In this document: positions 10,492 to 23,680 of the stretch, piece by piece
Layout of the letters: each line of letters starts with the position of its first letter
Position numbering within the stretch: position 1 is the stretch's first letter
NCBI GenBank assembly: GCA_001949185.1
Contig: BDGG01000002.1
Coordinates: 8,851,990 to 8,915,989, forward strand
Reading direction: 5' to 3'
Length of the DNA stretch: 64,000 bases
Origin: Ramazzottius varieornatus
Lineage: Eukaryota; Animalia; Tardigrada
Translations under genes and position numbers: made by a program
Notes under the pieces: generated by a model
The model's database searches: none
Told to the model about the DNA's origin: nothing
The model's input: the letters and a program-made list of their open reading frames with translations, nothing else

Positions 10492-12282
10492 ATGTCGCAA
10501 AAGATGCTGGCGCGTAAGGTTCTTCCGGAGCTTCTGGAATGTTGCGGATGGTCGGTGCGATGGAACTACAGACGGCGTCTTTCGCAGACGGCCACGAGGG
10601 TGAGTAGCACTTCATCCCCTTCGATGAATATGACTCTGATACTGGAGTAGGCATTGATGTTGTTGTTTCGTTAGAGCACTTGGGTACTAAAGCGCGAACA
10701 CCAGATGCCTCTTTCCAACCTGACAGGGAGATCGCACAAAGCCATTCGGGAATACGAGAAGGTCTATCTGGAGGTGTCTGGTGGTGAGGAACAGAAGCCT
10801 CCTCCCATCGACGTTCTCCTTCTCAAAGACGTCCCCGGTCTGTCTACTCTGTCCCCACTTTCGCTGCTTGACTGTCCCTTCAAGATAGGCAGTTGGTGTG
10901 CTTTCAGGTCATGGTAGAGCGGGAGATGTGGTGTCGGTCAAGAGGAATATCGCCCGGATGTTTCTCCTTCCGGAAGGCAAAGCAACGTATGTTACTGCCG
11001 AAGGTCTCACCGCTTTCGCTACCAAGAAAGAGGTTGGTTTGCTTCTGTCCTGATGTCCGTAACCTTTTGTGTCTCAGTGTGTCAACAGTCTAGCCAAATG
11101 TGGGAAAGACATTTTCTGTCCCCGGCCAGAGGCGGCTGGAGGTACGAGGTAAACGACATAATTCTGGCATACCGATTTTCGCACCATAATTCGGGCAAAG
11201 CAAAAAGTTTGAACATTATCGTCAACGCTTGATTCATTTCTCATCGTACGCCTGTTGATACAACATTAGGCTTTTTGACACTGGACAGACCCATCCCTCT
11301 CCCAGGCCAGATTCCTGTGCTTCACAACGCTTTGTCGTTCTCGAACCTATTGAAACCTCGAGGAGAGGGACCGGTCTACCTCAGGAAACAAGAAGCAGTT
11401 CCTTACGCGCAGCGAAAGCTGAGGAAAAATATGCCCGAATTACGAGTCAAAAACCACTATGCCCGAATTATGTCGTTTACCTCGTATTAAAAAGGTCCGC
11501 AATTTGGCCCTTTTTCTACGAAGTTGCTTGTCAGGTCCGTGCTCGGCACAACCGTGAAGGATAATTCCTGAAAATCTCGTAGAAAGAGGGCCAAATTGCG
11601 GACCTTTTCAACACCTCCAGCCGCCTCTGTCCCCCCCTGGTTTTCAAGATTTCAACAAGGACCAACTGTTGAATAAAGCCATTTAAGCATTGATTAATTG
11701 CACTTCCGCTTGCAGTTTGAACGAGCGCATCCCGAGCTGCAGTCCAGCTCGTCTACCGCACCCACCGCTGTCATTTTCTTGGAGAATATGTGCTTGGACA
11801 TGCCCATGAACATGCACAATCCCTGGACCATTGAGCGATGGCAGGTGCGGAACGCCCTGCGCAAACAAGGCGTGTGGTGTCCAGGTGACCACGTCCTGGA
11901 ACTTCCTGCTCAAGCCATCAGCGGCCCCAACCCCGATCAACATGGAAAGTGCTTCAGCATCTTCCTTACGGTAAACTAGTCTCATCTTCTTATGGTAAAC
12001 TAGTGGTATTCTAGCTTGATCGCTCTAACCAGCCCTCTGTCTTTTGTCCTCTAGATCAATAACAAGGAACGTGCCTGCGTGCTTTGTCGCATCAATTTGC
12101 AGTGTAAAGACCCAGCCGAGGCACTTCCGCCTCTGCCAACGGATGAAGGCAAGCCCATCAACCCTGTCCCTCTCTTCCCCGGCGCTGTTTTCCCCGAAAA
12201 CAAAGCACCGACCAGGTTCCCCAAGAAGAAGACGCTCAACGATGTACCATACGTCCCTCCCTACAGAATGAAGGACTTTTAA
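10492..12282 (+). CDS. MRPL9: Mitochondrial ribosomal protein bL9m (~292 aa)
   Basis: Exons 10492-10599, 10675-10837, 10908-11032, 11716-11970 and 12055-12282 are in frame. L9 N-domain IDVLLLKDVPGHGRAGDVVSVKRNIARMFLLPEGKATY; invertebrate mRpL9-type C-domain MNMHNPWTIERWQVRNALRKQG...ISGPN...TINNKERACVLCRI; Arg-rich presequence-like N-terminus. Confidence 0.88.
11127..11629. mobile_element. hAT-like MITE in MRPL9 intron 3, interrupted by a nested mariner-like MITE
   Basis: Termini CAGAGGCGGCTGGAGGT / ACCTCCAGCCGCCTCTG. The TIR continues after the nested element (AAAAGGTCCGCAATTTGGCCCT vs AGGGCCAAATTGCGGACCTTTT). Flanks TCCCCGGC / TCCCCCCC match at 6 of 8 positions, consistent with a decayed 8-bp TSD. 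Confidence 0.7.
11145..11484. mobile_element. 340-bp mariner-like MITE, copy 1
   Basis: TA-CGAGGTAAACGACATAATTC ... GAATTATGTCGTTTACCTCG-TA; a second diverged copy lies at 39055-39394. Confidence 0.85.
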
Positions 12283-12566
12283 AGCCTTGCTAACACACGC
12301 TGTAGAGACAGTCTTATGTCCCTCTCTGCCTCTGCATTTCTGCTTTGTTTTCCAATGTTTGGCTTTGTGTCCATTGGATAGCACAAGGCATGACGACGGT
12401 ACCACTGACAACAAGATCAGAGAGAGGCAGTTACATCTGCGGTACTTCAACACCGGTTCGTCTGTCATAGCACCGACGCACAGTTTCAAAGAAACATATC
12501 GAAGAGGAACGTTAAGGAATATCAACAAGAGATTCGGTATGCCGAGATCACCACTAACATTCAGGT

Positions 12567-15388
12567 CTAGTCAAACAAGGAGACATTCTTGTACATGGCG
12601 TCCAGTTGTTCCTTGAAAGCTTTCCTGACCACGGCGCGTTTCATCTTTTGAGTAGGCGTCATGAAGCCATTTTCCACGCTAAAGGCTTGGGGAAGAATGT
12701 AAATCTTTTTGGGTATTTGAAACGAGCTGATGCCTTTACTCTTGCCCACTGTCTCGAGTTCCTTCAAGAGAATGGCTTGCACACTAGCCTGCCGTGAGTA
12801 GTCACCTCCGCCGTTGGGCATGGTCTCTTTGAGCAGCGGATGCTCCATGTTGGGATGGACCAGGGCCACGGTGAAGGGATAGAGGCTGCTGCCGTCGATG
12901 AAGATTTGAGCAAAGAGCGACGACGTCAAAAAGTCATTTTCCAGCTTCTCTGGAGCCACATACTCGCCCTGGCTCAACTTGAAAATGTACTTTTTCCGGT
13001 CGATAATCTTCAGCCTTCCTCCCTGCAGGCAGAAAGACACATTGACAGTGAGGAAGAAATGCCAAGGCAAAATACTGCAGTGATATACCTTGATCCACTG
13101 GCCAATGTCGCCCGTATGGACAAAGCCCTCTTGGTCGATGGTTTCTGCCGTCTCGCTCGGCATGCCATAGTAGCCCTTCATGACATGAGGTCCGCGTGCG
13201 CAGACTTCGCCTTGAGCTTGACATGCCAGGTAGCCCAGCTCCGGCACGTCGACCAGCTTCACTTCCATACCGATGGCTGGTGCTCCCGCATGGCCAGCCA
13301 TCGCATCACCCGCCAACGTCCCCGTTATCACGCCAGCAGTCTCCGTTTGCCCGTACACTTCGAAAATCTGCAAACAACATGGCAAATTTTGGCGCAGTCA
13401 GCTTAACAGTGACAAGCACAGCGGGTATGGCAGGAGAGATGACACAGTGTATGTCACACCATCAAGTAAGTACTGTAACTGATATAACTTGGGCGTTAGA
13501 TCATATGACATGACTTACATAACAGCCCAAGGCCGCTCGCATGGCGTTAGTCATGTGCGGGTCCAGCGGGGCGGAGCCGGTGGCGCAGATGCGGACATTG
13601 CCACCCAGGCTGTCCTGCAACTTGCCAAAGACCAGCTTATCCCAGATGGAGTCCCGTCGGTAGATGCCGTACTTCATCTCTAGCGACTTGAAGAAGATGG
13701 CAAGGTTGAGGACGGCGCGCTTGAGCGGCGACTGCCGCGCCGCTTCCGTCATCTTTCCGTAGATGCGGTAGAGGATGCGAGGCACTAGAACGACCAGGTC
13801 CGGCTTGAGTTCTTGAATGTCATCGACCAGCCGAGGGATGCCGTTGGAGTTGAAGCCGACGCGACCCCCGCGGACAAAGACCGACATCTCGACGATGCGC
13901 TCCATGATGTGGGCCAGAGGAAGGTAGGCTATGGACGTCGTCTTGCTATCAAGTCTTGTTGGCTAAAACAGACAGAAACAGTATACCTTATTCGCAAACG
14001 AAACTAGATCAAGAATGACGGCTCGTTAACGACGAATTCATTCTGGCCAGGACTTCCTTACCAAAAGGCCCTCGTCGACATGGGCGATGGCCTGCGCCAC
14101 CGTTTCATGGGTCAGCATGGCCGCTTTGGGCTCTCCGGTGGTGCCGCTGGTGAACATCAAGATGGCCAAGTCCTCCTTCTTGGGAGGATTCACTTCTGCC
14201 GGGTACTTGCGCCCCAAGTTCTATAGTCAAACTCTATTCCAACACCACCCACAGCGCTGAATATTATCAATTGGGATATCTGAACGTACCTCAACTTCGC
14301 CCAACGTCAATACCTTCAGCCCCAGGTCGGCATATTTCTGCCGAGCTTCTTCCGTTACTTCCTCAAGAAAAATGACTGTCTTGAGGCGTGACAGTCCGTC
14401 CGTGCCGTGCAAGAGTGGCTCGAAACTCTTGACAGTCCCGCAGATCAGCACAGAAATCTTCACTGGAAAATTAGGAAGACTCCACTAGCAGTAGTTTTCT
14501 GTTGCCACCGAAGGATTCTCAACAAATTGTGAAGATAGATTCCCCGTTGTTACTTACGTCGATTCAAGGCCGAGCGACAGGCTTCCGCGCCCAGAGAGTC
14601 GTAAAACGGCACCAGAACAAGGTTGTAGGCGTACGTGGCGTATTCTGTTATGACCCATTCAGGCGATGTCTTGGCAAAGATACCAACGAAACTTTGACTG
14701 TCATTGTGCGACCTCAGCCCCAGCTGGATTAAACCAGCACCCAAGGCCTTGATCCTTTCTTCCACTTCGTAGTAGGAAATCCATTCGTAGGGCGTGGTGG
14801 GACCGCGCCGGAAACCCAAACAAGGACCATTTCCTGTTGAGTAGAACGTGTTAACCATAAACCATGCAGCACCAACCATAAGGCCAAAAAGACCGCTACC
14901 ATGACACGCCGTCTGGTTCAATATTGATCTATCAAAGCTATTGATTCAACGGAAACATTCAAATTTCCATTTGCTCCATCGGTCAATCCTCTGAACCTCA
15001 TTCCTCAATCCTCACCTGAAATTTGTATTCCTCTGGCCATAAATCCCCAAATCGTTTCCGGCCATTCGAATCCTATCGACTCACCAGCCCTACCATTGAG
15101 GAAATTCCTGCGCCTGACTCCCTGTTGAGACTGCAAGCAAGAAATCAGACGACGTTTTTTACAGTGAATACTTTCGACCATGCCAAGCCTCACAGCCAGG
15201 AATTGAATTGCAGTCGAACAGACCTCAAATCGGTCGCCGACGACGACAGACTGGTTAGCATAGTCCAGTCCTTTGGCACGCAGACGGGGTTGTCGTTTAA
15301 AATAAAACCACAGCAGGGCAGCAGCACCGCAGACAACGCAAGCCAGGGTTTGCGGAGTGTCGAAGGAATGCCCATGGAAGACTTCCAT
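12567..15388 (-). CDS. ACSL: Long-chain fatty acid-CoA ligase (ACSL1/5/6-like)
   Basis: N-terminal TM segment; AMP-binding FTSGTTGEPKAAMLTH; YLPLAHIMER; YGQTE; HTGDIG; IIDRKKYIFKLSQGEYVAPEKLE; TPTQKMKR. Multi-exon. Confidence 0.93.
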
Positions 15389-15602
15389 CTTCAAACTGAG
15401 GAGCAGCTCTATCTGTGTCAGATAGTCCTGTGAAATCGAACGCCAGGAGCCAGATCAGTTTCTTGGCATTTACGGTACAAAGTCCAGGCGGAGAAATCCC
15501 GCGAAGCTGCCATTCCGGTCTGAAAACAGAAAAAATAAAAATGATTAAAGGAAACCTCATTAATCAATCAACAGTCAATCAATGCTTTCAGCTTTAACTA
15601 TT

Positions 15603-15813
15603 TGAGCACAAAGCTTTTCAGTAAGGCGTGGCAAAATTGCGTAGTATGGAGCGGGCATCGACAGAAAACAGTCTGTTTTGACCAACCAAAATAGTTGGTT
15701 AAGTGCAACAGAGCGTGCTGATGGGTTGCAGTGTGGCTAGTTTTTCTTTTGAATGGGCGCTCCATGTGTCGTTATTAGGCCACGCCTTACTGAAAAGCTT
15801 CGCCCAGTGCTCA
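15603..15813. repeat. Inverted-repeat element (probable MITE) upstream of ACSL
   Basis: AAGCTTTTCAGTAAGGCGTGGC (15611-15632) is the exact reverse complement of GCCACGCCTTACTGAAAAGCTT (15779-15800); an outer TGAGCAC/GTGCTCA pair is also present. Confidence 0.6.
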
Positions 15814-16455
15814 TTTAAAAAAAATCATATGAAACTGGGTGATTTACTCTTATGGGGCCAAGAACGCATCTAACAACATCAAGTTGCTGGTTTCAATGAG
15901 GAGCATTCGACAACCAACGTGCACCTCTGCGCACCCACAAGTAACGATTGACCAGTGGTCACCATTTGGCTGGCCACCTGCCCTGTACAAGGAAAGAGTT
16001 TCCCCTATGAAGGGTGTGCACGCGCCTGGCCTAACTGATGCAATGGAGAAAACAGCTGGCAGCCGGTCGAAAGCGGCAACGTACATCAAATTAAAGTGGC
16101 CTATTTCCAACAGGGTTCGGGTCACAACTGACTGGTGTTGCACATAGTGATTAATCATTTCAAGTGGCAATGAAATCAACGGAAAGCAGATCCGCAGTCC
16201 ACTATATTCTTAGTGAAATACCATGTTTCGACAGGTATAGCGGCGGAGATATCATGGGATGTCGGCAAATGAACCGAACAAGATCCCTATCTCATGAGGT
16301 ATTCGTGTCCATTGCGACCGGCACAGAGAGTGAGCGCCTCTGGGAAAACCACCAGCTGAACTCATTTGCGGACGCCTCATCCGCGCTATACACACAGATC
16401 ACCGAAAGCTTTAAAATTGAAACTGCGCGGTATGATGAAGATGAGCAGCTCGGTG

Positions 16456-18495
16456 TCAAACCTTGGTCTTTTCGACCCGCTTTGTTTTCGTTTTAAGATT
16501 TTCATCGACACAATGTTTCCGAACAAACTTATCGAAAGACTGTTGCTTTCCATATTCCACATGCGCTTTCAATTCGTTCAGCAACTGAGCAGGTCTTGTT
16601 GCGCTAAGACCGGCAGGCTCGAACGTCGTTTTGGGTGCTGATGAATAGGGTGGTTCTCTTGTGTTAGTGGCAGCGCTGCGGGAAAAAAACATGGTTTAGA
16701 ATAGGCAGATATAACTTTGCCGAGAATACGTAGATGAAAGTTGTGAGTACTTCGCGGACGCAGTAGAAACAGTTTTGGGAACATGTAAGAACTTTACCTC
16801 GCGGATCTGCGCCGGCTGTTCATGTTCTTGAACCACGTTTCCATCAGGACCATCTTCCATCTTCTCGTCAACACCTTCTTGGTATGAATGTTTCAACACG
16901 ATACCTTGATCAGTTTTGGAAAACTTGAAGTGGTGGGACGACCGCATTCCGACCACGGGCTCGTAACGCTCATCAAGGTATGTCTTCTAGTCAAACCATT
17001 CGAAATCGGGTTCATCGGAGTACTTGTATGTTGTCGTATTCGGAACGGCATTCCCGACAGCCGTCTCGAGATCTTCCGGCAGATCCGTGTTCCCACTACG
17101 GATTACCTTCTTCCATCGGCCAAAGAAAGCATCGAGGGCGAACTTTGTGTGCCCGACAGGTAGGAAGTGCGTCTCCACGTCGTTATATCTGCCGGGTTTC
17201 ATCCGGTGAGCTCAATATGCCATTAGAAATCGGTTCTTGTTTTGTCCGCCGCAATTGTCGCAATACACAACCAAAATCTTTTCGCCATGGTCATGCTTCT
17301 TCAAGTAGTAACCGACCATGGAAATCACCGCGTTAGGTCCGTGAGATTCCTTTCCGTCCGGACCGATGGTTTCTGTTTCATCGGCAAGATAAGAAATGAA
17401 GTGTTTTCGCGCTGGGTCTACCGGACCGAACAAGTGGCATATCAGCTGGACCTGTAAGCAAAAACATCAACGTTGTCTCCATAGACTTCGCCGACTTCGA
17501 ACCCCAGCTGAAACCCCGTTCCAGCTGGTGTTCGCTGTAATCCTGGTTACTTCTGAGCTGCGTACCTTGCTAGCTATGAAAACATTACGTCTGAGTTGTT
17601 CCGATAGTAGGCTAGCTTACCTAAAAATAAATAGGTCCCGCTTGGTCGGTATGGTTTGGAAGACCCACGGGCTGCGCGAAGTCGAAAGCAATAACGCGCA
17701 TTGTTGCCCGCCTCCAAGAAACCATTCTGTTTGTAGTTTTTGATGCTGCTTTCCAAGTGGCTAACATATTTAGCTCGCTCGTCGTCCGCCCTTTGCTTGT
17801 GTGCTGTCCACTTCGCCAATAGATCATCACGGAGAATACCTTTCTTCCGGCAGTGATATATGCGGCTGGAGTACTGATCGCAGTCATTGCACATGTCGCT
17901 GCGCAAACCTCGGACTTTAACGTGCGGCGCCAACTGCTTCCACACCTCAAGAAATGTGTTCTTGCTGACACCCGGGCCGTCCTTCGGAAACATCTGAAGG
18001 TACTGACCGTACAAGACCGTAAGAGAAAGATCGATGGTGGTTTGCTCGTGCTGGCGTTGGCTTCGGCAATCCGAATAAACTGGCTTTCTGAAGGAGGGAG
18101 CTCGCGGTCGGCAGGGATCGTCGCTTTGTCAGCGCCCGACCACGATTGCCTTGTGGTTCTACAACATAAAAAACGCCATTCCTGAGAGAGGTTCGCAACC
18201 GGTAGACAGCGTTGTTCGATGCTGTATTTGCAAAGGAGAAAGCTTTAAGATATAACGGTCGATCAGCACTTAAAGAATACTTCGCATGAACGCCCTTCTC
18301 AAACAATGCAGGAAAAGCCATAGATTGCATCGAAGCCAGACATAGTCGTCTTTCATGCCGGGACATTTCCTTCATTGTACGTCGCCTTCCTTGATATGAC
18401 TCTTTACTGATAGTCAGGTGACACCGCAGGCCACATGGTGCATGATTGCTGATAAACTCGTTGTACAGGCCATCTTCTTTCTCAGCATTCCACAC
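16456..18495 (-). pseudogene. Inactivated DDE transposase, Sola-like, containing an intron
   Basis: Motifs FLEVW..LAPHVKV, RSDMCNDCD, AFDFAQ...GPIYF, HGPNAVISM, CDNCGGQNKN and FLPVGHTKFALDAFFG are split by frameshifts and stops; GT-AG intron 17620-17452. Confidence 0.8.
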
Positions 18496-19378
18496 GATCT
18501 TCCCCCACCGTCTATCGAGGGCCGGAGCAGGATTCTAAGACGAACGCATGGCTGTAATGGCTATCGTATGTGCAAATGCGCTAATTGCAGGGAAGGCATT
18601 GTCCACCCACATACGTATTCGAATCGCAGTGATTAGTTCACACTGCATGCAGGTGATCGAGATAACCACAGGCAAGGGATTCGGAAATCATTCGATGACC
18701 TGCGCACAACGTACACCGTGAGCACCTCTGCGCAGCTGTATGCCGTTACTTAAAGCTGCGACTTTTGTGTTGTAGATTGTACGCCTTCCGTACTTAAGGA
18801 TTTACGAATATTTCTGCTGATTATCGTTCGTATCCATCACCTCAAGTTCATCGCTCGTCAAAGAATCTCCCGAAATTATCTGTTCCATATTATCCCATAC
18901 GGCCTCGTCCGGTGAGTCCTCGCTGATTATTCTATTTCGATCCTCCACTTTCACTTGATCGACGTCCTTCCATTGCGCGTCGTCGTTTTGGGTAATTGGG
19001 AAGGTGTCCTCCTGAAAATCCATGTCTTTGAAACCAGGTACGGACAGCGGAACTTTTGCCGGCTGCGCTACCACTCTTGTGATATTTTTCTATTCTGCAT
19101 TGCACAAACGACAAAAAGAATGGGTGTTTTTTGCAGCATGCTTTGGTCACATAAATGAATAACATGCTCCACAATTTCGCCTGCATTTCTCTGCATCACT
19201 CAAATTATTTCGTCTGTACTGTAATCACGCAAACGTTCGAACTAATTTGCTGTGAGCCGTCAATCAACTACACTGGGATAAGCGCTCACGATCTCGTAAT
19301 CGGTTATGATTTTCAATTCTGGACACGTTACCGCAGCTTCAGCCAACTCACAAATACGCCATGACTCAACAAATTTGA

Positions 19379-19825
19379 TCATGAGAAACGAAGCACTTTC
19401 TTCATTGTACCATAATGCTGCTGTCTGTGCCTACCTGAAAGTTCAGTATCCGTATCCGAATTCTTTCCTTGATGGTTATCTTCATCGTTTGATGTTTCAA
19501 ATGGTGATGAAAAATCACCGCAGGTAGAAGTGTCAGGTCCGCTTCTTCTTCCGTAACTTTCGGGCTGTTTGTCGCGAGATGGCGCTACGGACGATGCTTG
19601 TGCGATCTCGGGTTGTGCATGTTGGCCGGAGGCTACTGTCCCAAGTGTCATGTGGCCAGCCGACGTGCTCGAGCATTTTCGCCGAATATGGTCAAGCAGA
19701 TAGGGAACGTAGGAATCTGGAAGACGAGTACCACAACCGTTGCATACTGCAGGATAACGTTTTCGTACTTTTTCCGGTTCCCTGTGGAAAAAGCTCCAAA
19801 TGGGATGTAACAAATTGTCCGCCAT
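19379..19825 (-). CDS. BED-type zinc finger ORF/exon followed by a low-complexity acidic region
   Basis: HPIWSFF...AVCNGCG...YLLDHIRRKC matches the W-x-x-F...CxxC...L-x-x-H-x4-C BED pattern. A possible donor near 19434 could join it to the acidic ORF at 19074-18802. Confidence 0.6.
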   Translation of the reverse strand: MADNLLHPIWSFFHREPEKVRKRYPAVCNGCGTRLPDSYVPYLLDHIRRKCSSTSAGHMTLGTVASGQHAQPEIAQASSVAPSRDKQPESYGRRSGPDTSTCGDFSSPFETSNDEDNHQGKNSDTDTELSGRHRQQHYGTMKKVLRFS

Positions 19826-20186
19826 TGCTAAGCTTGTAAACAAAGTCACAGCAGCGCAGGCCATAAATTTCGAGCAAGAAATGTTTCTACTGCGCTTCCG
19901 AAAGAATGAGGTAGCCGCACGATGCGATCTCTAACGCATCAAATATTTCTTCCAGTTTTTTTCTACGCGTAGAAGCATAGTTTTTACGGTGACGCACACC
20001 GGTTCATCACAGTCAAGAGTGTTACCACGACTTTCAGACGTAAAACGCTCGCAATCGCCGTGCAGTCACGCAAAGAACCACTTGTCGAACGTTTCTCGTC
20101 CTAACTTGCCATCTTTGCTCACAAGAAGTTCCCCTTCCTATTCTTTCGTTTACGGTATCTCCGCTTTCTAAATACCGGGACAAATC

Positions 20187-21057
20187 ATGGACACCTTCGG
20201 CATTGCTCTGTTTGCCTTCGTCATGGTTATGGTTCTGGCGGATGGAGTACTCGGCAACTGGCTAGCCTTACTCTACGGAGTGGCTCCACACAACTTTTTA
20301 GCTGTCAACCCCATGCTCAAAGGGATAGAGCATGTAAGTCTACTGAGTAAAACGATAACTTAACAGTCTAGTACGAAATTCTGCTTGTGATTTTTTCCTT
20401 CAGATATTCTTGGAAAAAATTTGCTTCTGAGGCCTCATGATTACTATACGAGATCCTTTGTGATCATGTGAGGTGCTATGTTGCAGATGATTAGTCAGCG
20501 ATACGGGATAACTTCATGACGGTGGACCAGGTCATCGCGAAAATGGTGGAATATGCCCAAGAGATCTACAACATGGTGGAAAACCGCTGCGATGTCCAGA
20601 AGCGATCATTGATGGACGACCATTTCATGTACAAAATCGCTGCTGGAGCTCTCGTCGCAGCTTTGGTCTTGACGGTGTGCGCCTTTGCCGTCACCGTCGC
20701 GTTTCGCGTGACAGAATCAAAGCTCTTCAGGTCCACCAGCGCGATATGATGCTGGCCATGCAGAACGTTTCAACCTTGCCACGCTCCGGACAGGTTCCAC
20801 GCGATTGATGGAGCAGAGTTCGCCGTCACAGGTATAATGCCAGCATCCCTTCGAATGTTTCTTCCTTCGACTTTACATTCTTATTAATATATACATATTT
20901 TCGAATATTGTCTGAGACTGATGTTTTGTTTTTTTTTCAGGGTCCGCCACCGTATCCGGAACCATCATCCGATCCGGAACCATCATCCGCACCGGAGGAT
21001 TATCCGTTCATCATTAGCTTCACACTGACTGTGCTTTGTCCCATACCGTTATTATAA
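20187..21057 (+). CDS. Possible small single-pass membrane protein (signal peptide, TM helix, PPPY motif); may be disrupted
   Basis: Exon 20187-20333 (MDTFGIALFAFVMVMVLADG..., ends at GTAAGT); ORF 20516-20749 has the TM segment IAAGALVAALVLTVCAFAVTVAF; an exon from 20941 reads GPPPYPEPSSDPEPSS. I could not resolve a continuous frame. Confidence 0.35.
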
Positions 21058-21994
21058 CATTGCAGTAATACCCGCTTATCGGTGTATCCGGGAAACAATC
21101 TCGGGATGATCGTTGTTCATGTGGCGCACATTACCCGCCAACACGAATGAAAACTACGCCGAACAAGATAACAAATCTTCCGAGATCGTTTGCAGGCTCG
21201 GCCATCTATTCTCTTCGTCTTGTACGCCCGTATGAATCACTATTGTCGACTTTGTGCTGTACGAGCTCTCACCACGACGTGATGTTTCTCCACATAAAAA
21301 CAAAAAAAGGCCTCAGTTCGCTCACTCGCGATAGTTCAAAGTTCAATCATAACCACTGTAGGACCCTTATCTGCCGATGTGATATTTCGCTCAATGTTCA
21401 TCTGCCGCCCATGAGCTTTGTACCATGAAACACTCTGATGAGTGCTACACAAGGCTGCATCAGCCGTTTCAACTCGCCCCTAACTGCCCCAGATGAAAAA
21501 ATCGATTCCTGAACATTTTTGGCCATTGACCAAATCACCCAGTCCGAAATGACTTTCTTCATTTATAATTTCATCCTGGCAGACAAGCTCAAAGACGGCG
21601 CCCTTTCTGGTTCGAATGTGGCTTACCTGCACCTTCTCTGCCAATCGTCACGAGACCACACTGAAGTACCTGCATTTTCCTTTCACAATCCACGACAACA
21701 GAAACTTTCCGACTCAGCGAGTCCGTACAAATGAAGTCAGAAGAAAGCAGAAAGAAATGAATGGAATTGAGAGAATTCGATTTTTCTGCAACAGAACATT
21801 GGCCGAGAACAGGAGGAACGGATGGAAATGCGGATGTTCCTCCTCGTTCCTGTCAGTTCCGCCGATCTGACCAGCGACCAACTTCCGCTCCGTAAGTTCC
21901 GTTGCTTTTGTCCAGCTTTCTTCCTGCGTAAACTTAGCTCATCGCTTTCTCCGAGGTACAAACACCTCTGCGGATTCGTCCCTTATCCGGCACT

Positions 21995-23680
21995 ATGGAT
22001 TGGTTCCACTGTAACGTCTGCTATGCACGGCCTGAGTCGGACGAAGACGCCACAAGATTCTCGGCCTCGAACTGCGGTATGCCTTTCTTGATACTCCCTC
22101 CAAGTTTCCATAAGCTCCCGCCATGTACCAAAGTTGTTTACGAACCAAACGCTTATCTTCCTTCAGGTCATGTCTTTTGCGACCCCTGCGTTCAAAGACT
22201 GCAGGACAGTACTTGCCCGAAATGTGGCGAAGAATGTCGTTTGGTGCGCATCGACCAGAATGTAAGTTTTGATGAAAATGTTCTCGAGCGTTGTGCCGTC
22301 GCTTGATTATTGATTGACCCACGAGTTTGCAGATTCCGAAGAGCATTGCGGTCTACTTCCGTAGCTTGAACTCCATCCTGAAGAAACTGAAAAATCTCAA
22401 CAAGGAAGTGGCCGAACTCTTTGAGTCCTTTCAACGAGGAAAGAAGTTTCAGGACACGCAACGCGAACATTTGATGGCGCATTTACTGGCTGCAGCCCAG
22501 GTTTGGCCTCCCCTTACATTCAACTTCCGCTTCATTCCCCATACGGTGATCTTGACTAAATCTTTCTCTCCTGACTTCTAGAGGCCACCTTCTCCACCAG
22601 GACAGTACGTGACTGTCTGCTTGCATGGTTTCTTAGATCATTGTTGGCGGTTCTGGTTTTGGAACTTTTCTGCTGGTGTTTGTTCAACCGACACTTGTTG
22701 CAGATTCATTTCGGTGTTTTCTGTCTGTAGAAGGATAACCACGGAACAAGCTCAGCAGATCAAGGACAAGCATGCCAGTGACGCACAGTGAGAATTATTG
22801 AATGGATGTGCCGTTCTGGCTCACTTGATTTCACCAGACGATGATATGTTTACAATCTGCAGGTTGATTGAGGCGTTGCAACAGGAGCTTCATTCGCTCA
22901 AGGCCCTAATGAAAACTGCCAACCTCCAGTACCAACAACAGCAGCAGTACCAGATGCACAGCCGTCCCCCGACAGCCTCCTCCATGAATCGCAGCATAAT
23001 GATGGCCAGCCCGACACAGCTGGTCATGTCTCCCGCCTTCGGCCAAGCTTGCCGACCTGAGCCACCCTCTGCCGCGCGCATTCTCCCGTCAAGAGCATCC
23101 AACTGCAAAGGTACTCCCAAGTGCTCTTCTGACTTTCCATAACTGCTCATTCCTCACTGAATTCCCTTTTTAGCTCCGTCCGCTCAAATCGCGCACGCTG
23201 CAGTGTCGTCCTCCTCGACGTCCTCGCGACACACCACCACTTCCGCTGCTCCTGCCGGCTTCATGCCGGCTAGTCGGGTCGTCACTCGAACGCCGGCACC
23301 CCAACCATTTAGCAGACTCAGCGGACCTCCCGTAGCCTCAGCAAGCACTCCTTATGGAACTCGCAGCGTCGTAGGAGCGACACACTCGGCCGGAAGAAGC
23401 GGCATACTGCAGCAGCAGCCGCCTGCCGCAGGCCGAATGTCCGCCGGAAGTAGCCACAGTGATGTCAGTATGCGCACCGTATCCACCGTTCGCACAAGCG
23501 GGTAAGACGATATTGCCTCACAATGTCATGTCATGTCGGACCCTGTGATGACGATGTTGCAGGAGTACTTTGGGTTATCAGCATTTGAATGGTGGCGGAT
23601 CCAGCGGATCTTCCCGCATAGTCGAGGGTCCCACCTTCAACCCGCGCGATCAGCTTTATGTCAAACAACGAAGGGCATAG
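21995..23680 (+). CDS. RNF212B: RNF212/RNF212B (Zip3/ZHP-3 family) meiotic RING E3 ligase
   Basis: MDWFHCNVC...SNCG/HVFCDPC...CPKC RING at the extreme N-terminus, followed by a coiled coil (...FQDTQREHL...LQQELHSLK) and a Ser/Pro-rich tail; last exon 23563-23680. Confidence 0.8.
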
